Source: Azolla caroliniana (taxonomy: Eukaryota; Plantae; Polypodiophyta). From it: DNA of 64,000 nucleotides. Positions within the stretch are counted from its first letter, which is position 1. Every line of letters begins with the position of its first letter. Shown piece after piece: positions 1 through 10,130 of the stretch. The DNA lies in assembly GCA_043228905.1 (NCBI GenBank), contig JBHGNT010000001.1, positions 34,472,001-34,536,000 of the forward strand, in the 5' to 3' direction. The notes below the pieces were generated by a model, which made no database searches, was not told where the DNA came from, and saw only the letters and a program-made list of their open reading frames with translations. A program made the translations under genes and the position numbers.

Positions 1-939
1 CCTCATTTTGAGTAAACTTGAAAGGAATTTCGAGGACACGTTGTGGCCTTCGTCAAGGGATGTAATGCTCTTTGCAAAGGAAAGGAAGGTTGATGAACTT
101 TACATCAATCAACTTAGGTTTGTGAAAGAAATGGTGGAAATAGTGGAACTTCATAAGAGTTCTCAACCGGCCTTGTTTTTTTATAAAAGATTTTCTTCAA
201 TAGTATTAAGAACAAAGCGCCCGAAGGCTACAACTTGAACCTAGCTACCAAGGAGGTTACAACTTTTCCTATACAATGTTGTAAAATACAAGGATGTTTA
301 CATTTGTTGATATTCAAGAAAGAGTTCATGGAAGTCGATATTGCCATTGAGGCTCTTGAGTTGACATTGTAAACAGGGGCACCTTTTTCCATAAGTGAAG
401 AAGCTTTTTCCTTTTCTTGTTCACAGTATCTGGGGAACCCTGCATATTGTCATACTGGCCACGGACTACTGCCAACAAGTTCTCCCATATCTCAAACAAC
501 ACATATGAGAGATGAATGTCTACCCCATCATGGCCTTGTTACATGGCCATCAATATAAAATTTAAGTTATGCCCCAACCCCCAAAGCTACAATATCAATA
601 GTCCAATGACAACGAAGAAATATGAATGATAGATTATGTATCTTTGGAGGCCATGAGTTTCTTTCCCAAAAGTACATTTTTATTAATAAATTTTGTCAAT
701 AGTCTAAATGTTTATGGTCATTATAAGATGCATAAGCATTGTCAATCACAATGGTTGTGGTAAGGAAAAAGTGAGGTAGACGCAATGGCCATGGGGCTTA
801 TGGTGAGAAATTATGGAGAACTTGGATATAAATGGCATAGAAAATGATATCTACATGATGTCCCAAATACATGAGATTTCTAGGATAATAGTAATAACAT
901 GAAGCTTCATTGAATTGGTGAAGTTTTAACAACACAATA

Positions 940-1700
940 GGGCCGTCAAAGGTTAATCCATAATAGCATTTTTACTCGTTCATAATAACACTAACACGGC
1001 TAACCTTGTGTACATGTGCAGGTTTTTATATAAACATCTACCTTGAAGCTCGATGAATTTACGGGAAATTCAATTCTCCACCAAATGTCGCAGAGAGAAC
1101 TTTGCAACCACTTTTGTTTGGTTTGCCAAAAGTTGTAAAGCATTCTATTCTTGTAGACCACGTGTTTGCATTCATGATACTTCTCTCTCCATGTGCCTCT
1201 ATTCATGAAGGCTAGCCACTTTGTCATGAAACTCAGGCTAAAGAAATCTCAATGTCTTGAATAAATATTGACGTCCTAGATTCATTAATAATAAGGGATT
1301 GAGCATCCTTATTATGGTTGCATACATGAAACTATAAACTAACAAATACGTTTCATTTAAAATGAAGCAATAGTACATAGATGTGTCTGAAAGCATGCCA
1401 CCATATTGCATCAATAGAGAAATGATCATCCTTTTTAATGTGGCATGGAGTTTATTCACAAATAAGTTTTTTTTTCCATTAAAATGGAAGAAGATACATG
1501 CACACATATGTGTGCATGTATGTTGTATATGTATGCCCAAGATATTGTATCCATGACAATCCTTTTAACTCCCAAATTGGCTTTTTTCAATGAAACATAC
1601 AATCCATAAACTGAGTTGGTACATTTTAAATTGTCTTCCTTACTTTTTGAAATGGAAGGGGGTGTTGTTGGTTGGGTGAATTGTGTTTCCCACTTCATGA
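940..1700 (-). pseudogene. Highly degenerate Mutator-like (MULE) transposase remnant (tentative)
   Basis: Minus-strand fragment ...FKVDVYIKTCTCTQG*PC resembles the SWIM finger (VDL..xCxC...PCxH) of MuDR transposases. Many stops; no termini found. Confidence 0.3.
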
Positions 1701-2961
1701 AACTTTCTTCACAAAAATCGCCCTAAAGTTAAAAGGTAAGTTTTAAACCCTGTATGCAACAAATTTAGAGATTGTCACTTCCAATGAGAATTTTAGTATG
1801 GTAAAACATTCTATGTATGTTTGTTTGTTGCTAGGTGAAGTTTTTTTAAAAGAAAACATTGTATTGCCATGAAAGAACATACAATGAAACACATAGTAGC
1901 TCTAAAATGTTCTTGAAACAACACAGAGTTTTTCCTATAGGTAACATGAGAATGACACAAAAAAATAAGCTCAAGATTTTCTAGGTTGCTTTTAAGCATC
2001 CTATTGTTCATCATCCAACATGAATATTCTTGATAGGTTTTCAATTAGTAATATAAGTTAGTACTCTAAAACTCAATGCTCTTGAAAAGCCAATATTTTA
2101 AAATTTTAGTAACCATATTGATAACATTTAACATAGTAATTATTAGATTGTTGACTTATATGAACATCATGGGGATCCAACACAAGAAACAATTGTTCAT
2201 TGCTTTGTCAAGGAAGAAAAGTGTCTATCATGATTTATTAAAAAGCTGAAAAAGTGGCTTCAATTGTCCAAGACAATATGGTGAATATAGACAATGCATT
2301 CTTACCGATTCAATTTATCAGTCATAACACCAATGGTTTGGTAACAATATGCAGTTTCATCATACCATTCACCTTAACAACAACACCTTCTCATCACATC
2401 ACAATCGAATCTATTGATAGAGCCTTACAAGATTCCCCCAAAAAAGTTAAACAACAAAAACATAATTGCTAAAGTATGACCGCGATTTGAGGTAAAACAA
2501 CTAGGACTTTTCATAATCAATGATATATTGCAATGAAACTTTGGTAATAGGTTGCCCATTATGATTTGTTCATCCACGAATGCATGTTTTGCTGTGGAAA
2601 AACTTAGAATTATATGTATTGAAACTAATTGAGTGTTATTGTGTGCAATCACGTAATCTAAACTTGTATTCATAAATGAGTAGTGTTTATTTCTTATCTA
2701 AATTTGACTTTGAAGACCCCACCACAAAACTTCACATGGTAAACATTCGGGATCAATATTTTGCTTGAACTAATGGAGTTTAACATTTCACTCCCACCTA
2801 CCCTCGGTTATCAAATTGCAATGGAGAACACGTGTTTGGATTAGATCAAGATCTCATGAAGTTATAGGAAACAACATAGATTTGAACCTCAAAAATGTTG
2901 AATACACTGAAACATGATTGGATACCCCACAAGCTAATGAAGAAATTGCAAATGGAGAAGA

Positions 2962-3293
2962 AAATACAAATTAGACTCATGAAATTGGGAGAAACTATTT
3001 TCCCACATCTAAATCATACACATTGCATATTTTATAGTAAATTTGCATGATCTCTTGTGTTTTGTCAATAAATTAGATTCATTAGAACACAAAAAACAAC
3101 TCGAGGTCATGCTCATGTCTATATAAATACAAATTAGACTCATGAAATTGGGATAAACTATTTTCCCACATCTAAATAGTACACAATGCACACTACATAC
3201 TTTATAGCAAATTTGCATGGTCTCTCATGTTATGTTAATAAATTAGATTAATTGAAACATCAAAACCAAGGCCAGGTCGTGCTCGTGCCTATA
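2962..3293. repeat. Imperfect tandem duplication, 2 x ~165 bp
   Basis: Both units begin aaatacaaattagactcatgaaattggga(g/t)aaactattttcccacatctaaat and end ...ggtc(a/g)tgctc(a/g)tg(t/c)ctatat. Confidence 0.85.
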
Positions 3294-3985
3294 TGGACCT
3301 ATTGTCGACATATTAAAGCCAATTTACAATACTAGGGCCTCCTTTTATATACAAGCACATGTACTCAAGGTATCATCTCATTAATCATGGTCCAACAACT
3401 AGACCTTTACTATGCCTTCCTATAATGATAAGCAATTGTTGGAAAGTATCTTTATTTAGGAGAGCCAATTTGCCGAAGTTTTGGGTAAGAAAGTGTCCCA
3501 TGGAGAGTTATGACTTAAGCACACAAGAGAGTAAACTGATCATGATAAATGTTACTAGCACTCAAATTTGATGGTCCCCTCTTATGCTAGAGCAATTTTC
3601 TTTAGAATGAAGGGAATTTCAAGGATCTTTTGTCCTTTGGAGAAACTCATGAATTGACCACATTGTAACATTTACGGAAAGAAACAAAACCCTGAAAATA
3701 CCCCATAACCAGCTTCTCTTTATTTCCATGAATGCCCCTACCTTCTTGTTATTTCCATAAGTGCCTCGTACCTTCTCATTGTTTCCTAGAATGCCTATAC
3801 CTTATCGTTATTTTCGTGAATACCCTTGGGCAACCTTGAAAGACATGGGATGAATTGACCGAATTGTATTTAAACACTACAATGCAAGTAATCCTATAGA
3901 TTACAAATTAACATGGGATTTAAGTATTTCAAAGATAAGAGCATGATTCATTTTCAAATGGTATTTTCATTCCTTTCTCTTTGCT

Positions 3986-4025
<40 letters not shown>
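3986..4025. repeat. Compound (CT)n(AT)n microsatellite; TA-rich repeat resumes at 4153-4188
   Basis: Direct reading. Confidence 0.9.
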
Positions 4026-4152
4026 GGAATGCGCTATTTGCCCCCCCTAAAAAAAAAAAACCTTTTGGCTACTTTGCTGGTTTAGCCAAAATAGGGGGGC
4101 CAAAATAGCCAAAAGGTTTTTGTTTTTTTAGGGGGAGCAAATAGCGCATTCC
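4026..4152. mobile_element. 127-bp MITE/foldback element inserted in a TA microsatellite
   Basis: Left end GGAATGCGCTATTTGCCCCCCCTAAAAAA..CCTTTTGGCTA is the reverse complement of right end TAGCCAAAAGG..TTTTTTAGGGGGAGCAAATAGCGCATTCC. TA flanks both sides. Confidence 0.8.
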
Positions 4153-4202
4153 TATATATAATAATAATATATATATATATATATATATTGTACATTGGAA
4201 AT

Positions 4203-5585
4203 TTAATAAGCAAAGTTAAAGGTAGAGCAAGTAGTGTTCAAAGTGAGCAATGTAGGTATGAAACCCATCCTTGCCCGCTCAAGATCGAACTGAAAGAATG
4301 CATTCTGTTGCTGGAACGTCCCGATCACGATGGACCTACCCTCGTATTGGTCGGTCTTTTGGAATGCGAGACAAAACACTTCCTTATTGACCTTGACGAC
4401 CGAGTTGGCGCCCACAATGCGCCATATGGCCTTCTTTTTCAACACGATGTCGATAATGGGCACGTTGAACCCGAGTTTCGAGGCACGGGCCGATGCCGAA
4501 CTGAAGCAGTGCTCGAACGGACTAACCGCGGGGACAGGCTTGATACCGCGTGAAATGCACGCCTTCTCGAACCGGGATGCGAGGATGTCGTACACTGGAG
4601 GTGTGAGAAGTGTGTAAGGGTTTCCAGAGCTGAACCTTGTCCCGCCGACAAAACTAGTGGTCTTGTTCCGCTTCTTAGTGGCCGAGAAATAGGTGGGGTC
4701 TATGGGGAGGGCGACATTATCGACCGAGATGGATTGGACAGTGAGGAAGTAGGCATCCTTCTGCCGTGAGTATGTCTTCAAAGGGGTATAGGTTAGGAGC
4801 TTGGAGAGGTCGAGTTTACTAGCTCCACCAAAGATGTAGGGCCCATCACCAAAGAAGATGACGCCACGCTCTGGCTTCGGCACGGATGGGAGGCAATATG
4901 CGAACTTACGAGCCACTGTCGGGATTTTGGCGGAGATTTGGGAGGGGAGAGCGATCGGGGCTCGGCTCAAGCCGGTGCCACCGACCACACCTGCCGGCAG
5001 CTTGATCCGATCCGACACGAGGAGGGTATCATCCCCGCATAGGAATGAGAATTCCGGCATCGTTACGGATGGGCGGACGAGCCTTGCCCCATCGGTCGCG
5101 AGGAGCGACACGTGGTCTGTCCATACGGAGGTGGACAATGTCCCGACCCCGGTGACGGATGCCCACGAGGAACATGTGAGGTTGGAGCATGCCGGGTATG
5201 CGAAGATGTTCCCCGGGTAGCAGTTGTCTTCAAAACAGCCCGTGGACGCACATATGAAAACTGTGCACGACTCTGACGCGGTGCAAGCTTTCGTGTTATT
5301 ACATAGGACAGGTTTGAATGATGGCGAAGAGTAGGGGTGTGGGTTCACACAATCTACCCATAAGTTGCTATTGTCCAGCTCTAGCAAAAGGGGGCCTCCG
5401 CCCCTTGGTGATGGTGTGGCTAGTGTTAGAGTGTAGAGTGATGTCTCGGCATCATAAGAAATAGGGGCAATCAATGCACGCACAGTTGCCGCGGAAGTGA
5501 GGGTGCTCTCAATGTAGAAGATGCCACAAATTAGTAGGAGAAAAGCAAGAACAATGTTATTAGTGTATGATGAAGCCATTATCAT
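4203..5585 (-). CDS. Secreted xylanase/xyloglucanase-inhibitor-like protein (TAXI/XEGIP/EDGP/basic 7S globulin family, non-catalytic A1 pepsin fold), 460 aa, intronless
   Basis: Signal peptide; ALIAPI..LYT; LLLELDNSNLWVDC; ALPSQI..RKFAYCLPS; GVIFFGDGPY; GGTRFSSGNPYT; VPAVSPFEHCF; WRIVGANSVV; SIVIGTFQQQNAFFQFDL; C-terminal TTCSTFNF. Both catalytic DTG/DSG motifs are replaced. Confidence 0.93.
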   Translation of the reverse strand: MIMASSYTNNIVLAFLLLICGIFYIESTLTSAATVRALIAPISYDAETSLYTLTLATPSPRGGGPLLLELDNSNLWVDCVNPHPYSSPSFKPVLCNNTKACTASESCTVFICASTGCFEDNCYPGNIFAYPACSNLTCSSWASVTGVGTLSTSVWTDHVSLLATDGARLVRPSVTMPEFSFLCGDDTLLVSDRIKLPAGVVGGTGLSRAPIALPSQISAKIPTVARKFAYCLPSVPKPERGVIFFGDGPYIFGGASKLDLSKLLTYTPLKTYSRQKDAYFLTVQSISVDNVALPIDPTYFSATKKRNKTTSFVGGTRFSSGNPYTLLTPPVYDILASRFEKACISRGIKPVPAVSPFEHCFSSASARASKLGFNVPIIDIVLKKKAIWRIVGANSVVKVNKEVFCLAFQKTDQYEGRSIVIGTFQQQNAFFQFDLERARMGFIPTLLTLNTTCSTFNFAY

Positions 5586-6087
5586 TAGACTGATGTAGTC
5601 TTTTTAACACCTTGGGTTTGGTTTAGAGGTACAATATATAATACCTCAAGGGGGAAACTTATATAAATAAGTTAGGTTGTACACCATGTTGTCATCACAT
5701 TCCTTTCTCCGTGTGGGGCCACCATTGTGGGGATCATTGTGATAAGTTATAAACTATATCTTTTCAATGCCTTGCTTGCCCCTTCATTCTAGATTGGGTT
5801 AGATTAGGCTAATAATAACTTTTGGATGACATATTTGTAGATCTTGACATTTTGTGCCTTGAACCATGTGCATCCCTATCTCTTTAAGTGCTTTATGCCA
5901 CCATTCATTTCATTTTCATTTCGATCTCCTAGTCAATGACCTTAGTTAGTGCTATTTTGGGTTCTATAGAAAACAAAAGCACCCGTTGATTTGGGAAATG
6001 TGAATGGAGGTAGTCACTTGCACACAAGGAGCAATATCTTGTCTATATCTTTGCTTCTATGTACACATACAATTATGTAATTGTGTT

Positions 6088-6467
6088 GTCACTTGTACAA
6101 CTAGAATGATATACTACTAAAAAGCACACCAAATTCTAACTTCGACCATACTCATTATTTTACTTCTTCATAGTTGTACCTTGTAGAGGAGGCACATTTG
6201 CATCCTAGGAAAATATGTGAGGAAGCGTGAATGCATGTTATTTGAACCCTAATGGTTAAGGTTGAGATATTCCTTATATATAGTCACTTATACAATTAGA
6301 ACGACATGGTGCTAACAACCATAGTGCACACCAAATTCTAGCTTTTACTTATGCATAGTTGTACCTTGTAGAGGAGGCACATTTGCATCCTAGGAAAATA
6401 TTTGAGTAAGGGTGAATGCATGTTATTTGAACCCAAATGGTTAAGGTTGAGATATTCCTTATATATA
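6088..6467. repeat. Tandem duplication of a ~190-bp unit in the intergenic region
   Basis: Units 6088-6282 and 6283-6467 share catagttgtaccttgtagaggaggcacatttgcatcctaggaaaatat...aatggttaaggttgagatattccttatatatag. Confidence 0.9.
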
Positions 6468-7762
6468 GTACCTATAACCTTCTGCATTTTCACCACCTAG
6501 TTTTGATGGATGCCTATCGCTAAGTTTTTGTGCATGATTGCCACTTAAGAATCATGTGTGCCTATTAGACAATGTGCTATGATAAATATAATAAAGAATG
6601 TTACAAGTATGTACAAAAATAGATGATGTACTTACTATAAATATGTGGAATACAATCATATCATGAGGGTCCTGAGTTCAAGTTCCCTAAAACCAATGCC
6701 ATTTTGTATGTTCATGGCATGGTGTATGATAAGTGACATCATGAGTGAGTCTTCACATTCACCCTCAATTCGTGATAATGGTTGGTGGTACATAACGAAG
6801 CTTCCTTCTTTGAGAAAACTACCAACGTTGGCGTGAAAGTAATGACTCCCATACCATTTTTTGAATATCTTGCATATGTCTATGCTTGTTCTAATAGTTG
6901 GGTTATAATGCAGATTGTGAAGAATGTCCTACATTTCCATATCACACCCAACTTCTAAAGTGTAGGTGGCCAACTAGTTGTGGTGGTGAAAGACATAATC
7001 CATTTCCACCTAAGACTTGCAAGGGTGTTTATAAATATACATGAGTGATCTATAAACTAAGATGAACTGCATAATTCATTGCATTAATAATAGTGGAAGA
7101 GAGAGGAATGCATAATTCTTGATGAATACATGTGAATTGTTCTATTATGTGGGACGTTCTTGCTTTCCATGTAAATTTATTAAAATAACCTTAAGTATTT
7201 TTACTACAAGGGTCTCATACATTTAATATTTGAAAGTTTTTCAAACCGGAGATTTGAAAAAGAAGTGTAGATGATGTCCCCTTCACTCCCATCTCTAGGA
7301 GAGGTAATGCCTTAGTGTTAATAAAAGAAGCCGATACATTAAAGAGAGTTTGACTATGTGCATTGCAAAGAACGAAAAAGGCACAGCCACAACGTGTGGC
7401 ATAACGTAGGTGAAAGCTGTAACATGATCATCATCACCAGAGATCGTATCGAGCATACAATAATATACTAGATCGGGTACAAAGTCAAACTCGGATAGGC
7501 GTTGAAAATGAAGGATAGTCAAACTCGGATAGGGATTGAAAATGAAGAATAGTCTAAAACCATTGAAAACATAGAAAGCCAAGCACCCTAAGACAATGGG
7601 TGGTGGGTGTGGGCACCCCCAGTAAAACAAAAGAAAAAAGCTTGGTACCCATCCATCTATCCCCATGTTGGATATACATAGCACACACATATATACATAT
7701 ATCCACACACACACACACCAATCACTTATATGTGCTAAAATATAACAAATTCATATTCAGTT

Positions 7763-9136
7763 ATGATGCCAAACCATATCCTTCCTCTTCTACTACTAGT
7801 GCCTCTGCTAGGGGCATGTATCTCATATAATAAAGAGAGGAGCATTGCCTCGGCCGCCCCTTCGGCATTGGTCGCCCCGATTTCCTATGATGCCGCCACT
7901 TCATTGTACACGCTCACGCTCGCCCAACCATCGCCGAGCGGGGGCCAGCCATTGCTGGTGGAGCTGGACAACAGCAATCTTTGGCGAGATTGTGTAAACC
8001 CACGGCCCTACTCGTCCCCCACCTTCAAACCCCTCCTTTGCAACAACACGGCCGCGTGCGCCGCAGCCGCGTCATGCACCTCCTTCATATGCGGCTCGGC
8101 CGGGTGCTACGACGACACTTGCTACACAGGCAGCGGGTTCGCATACCCGGCATGCTCCAACTACACGTGCGCGTCCTGGGCGTCGGTCACGGGGGTCGGG
8201 ACCCTCGGCACATCGGTGTGGACCGACTCGGTCTCGCTCCTCGCGACCAACGGTGCCAAGCTGGTGCGGCCGTCGCCGGTCACGATGCGAGATTTCTCGT
8301 TCCTATGTGGGGATAGCACCCTCCTTGTGTCGGATCGGATCGCGCTCCCTGCCGGGATCGTGGGAGGTGCCGGCTTGAGCCGCGCGCCCATTGCCCTCCC
8401 CACGCAGATCTCCACCAAAATCCCGACCGTTGCCCGCAAGTTCGCGTATTGCCTGCCATCCAGCCCGGGTCACCCGGGGCCCATCTTCTTCGGCGATGGG
8501 CCATATGTCTTCGGGATCCTCGACCTCTCTAAGCTCCTGAAGTTTACCCCATTGAAGACATTCTCCCGGCAGAAGGACGCGTATTTCCTGGACATCCAAT
8601 CTATCTTGGTCGATGGGGTCACTCTTCCTATCCCTTCATCCTTGTTTTCCATCACCAAGAACAAGACCGGGAAAAGCACGGCGTATGTCGGCGGGACCCG
8701 ATTCTCTTCCGGGAACCCGTACACGCTCCTCGCCCCCTCCATCTACGGCACCCTTGCGGCACAATTCGAGAAGGCGTGTGCCGCGCGTGGCATAAAGGCG
8801 GTCCCTGCAGTCAGCCCATTCGAGCACTGCTTTGATGCCTCGTCGGCCCGCATCTCCAAGCTCGGCTTCGATGTACCCACCATCGACATTGTGTTTAAGA
8901 AGAAGGTCACATGGCGTATCATCGGCGCCAATTCTGTCATCAAGGTCAATAAGAATCGTGCGTTTTGCCTGGCATTCGGGAAGACCGATGAATACGAGGA
9001 TAGGTCCATTGTGATCGGGTCATTCCAACAGCAGAACGCGTTCTTTCAGTTCGACCTAGTGCGATCGAGATTGGGTTTCATACCTACATTGCTCACCTTG
9101 AACACTACTTGCTCTGCCTTTAACTTTGCTTATTAA
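7763..9136 (+). CDS. Secreted xylanase/xyloglucanase-inhibitor-like protein, paralogue of 4203-5585, 457 aa, intronless
   Basis: Signal peptide; LLVELDNSNLWRDC; RKFAYCLPS; IFFGDGPY; GGTRFSSGNPYT; SIVIGSFQQQN; TTCSAFNF. Colinear with the first gene. Confidence 0.93.
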   Translation: MMPNHILPLLLLVPLLGACISYNKERSIASAAPSALVAPISYDAATSLYTLTLAQPSPSGGQPLLVELDNSNLWRDCVNPRPYSSPTFKPLLCNNTAACAAAASCTSFICGSAGCYDDTCYTGSGFAYPACSNYTCASWASVTGVGTLGTSVWTDSVSLLATNGAKLVRPSPVTMRDFSFLCGDSTLLVSDRIALPAGIVGGAGLSRAPIALPTQISTKIPTVARKFAYCLPSSPGHPGPIFFGDGPYVFGILDLSKLLKFTPLKTFSRQKDAYFLDIQSILVDGVTLPIPSSLFSITKNKTGKSTAYVGGTRFSSGNPYTLLAPSIYGTLAAQFEKACAARGIKAVPAVSPFEHCFDASSARISKLGFDVPTIDIVFKKKVTWRIIGANSVIKVNKNRAFCLAFGKTDEYEDRSIVIGSFQQQNAFFQFDLVRSRLGFIPTLLTLNTTCSAFNFAY

Positions 9137-9739
9137 CAGAGCCCCAGTGCCTTCAGATCTCAAGGACAGTTTTTTATTTTGAGAATAACACCATATAAAG
9201 AAATCATGTAGTAGTTTGGTTTGAGAATAACCATATGAAAAACCATGCAATATTGCTAATGGATCGCATTGCTTGTATTCATATACTTACCATAATAAAG
9301 TATAATTTGTTACTTGGTTTTTTCAGCTTACTTTTGTAACTCTTTATTCACAAGGTTCTGCTTCTAGTCATAAACTTGAATCACTAATCCCCGGACATCT
9401 ATTAGGAGCTAAATTCATCAAGACTATAAGAAATGAGTAAGCTAGCACATAATCCTCCATAAATTGATCATTATATGGATGAAATCTACCTACCAATGCT
9501 CTGTATTATTTTCATAACCACATGGTTCATGTTAATGAAATTAGGAACCTCAACTTTCACCAAGGCAATTTTGAAACAAGCACATCATGATAATTTCCCC
9601 TAAATGTCAAACATAAAAAACCAGAAATTCTTAGACATACTAATTCATTTCTCTCCTTCAATGCAGAGCCCCATGTTTTTTCTCTGCATTACAATAATTG
9701 GTTTGACCTAATTTCTATGTGTAAGGAAGGGGCAAGTGT

Positions 9740-9900
9740 TTAAAAGTGAATACACTTCATCTTGGATGCAGGGATGATAAATAAAGTGGTGACACTTTAC
9801 CTTGATATTGTGGTGAAATGGAAATGATTTAGAGGCCCCTCTATATGCAAACACAACTACAAGATGCCCTTTGTTGCCAACATTCGTTGGTACCACTTGT
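9740..9900 (-). pseudogene. Very old copia RNase H fragment (tentative)
   Basis: FHHNIKVKCHHFIYHPCIQD resembles the copia RNase H motif FHxRTKHI(E/D)VxYHFIR. Confidence 0.3.
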
Positions 9901-10019
9901 TATGTATTCTAGTTTTCTTGAACAACGGAATTTCTCAATCCCAAGTCCTATAAAACAATCACTCCTAAACATGACCTGTCAATATCTCGAAGTTCACTTA
10001 TGTCATCGTTTACTTGAAT

Positions 10020-10130
10020 GAATGTCTTCCTATTATCCATGTTGTCCAAGAGACACTCTACCTCGAGAAGGTGTTTACGTGAATGTCTTCCTACTTTCCA
10101 CATTGTCCAAGAGATGTTCTACCTCGAGAG
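10020..10130. repeat. Short direct repeat, 2 x ~50 bp
   Basis: gaatgtcttccta...ttgtccaagaga...ctacctcgaga at ~10020 and ~10081. Confidence 0.7.

Noticed and set aside
6600-7100. Possible third gene or exon in the intergenic spacer
   Set aside because: Only short ORFs with no motif I can recognise.
4203-9136. Active aspartic proteases
   Set aside because: Both catalytic Asp motifs are substituted in both genes.
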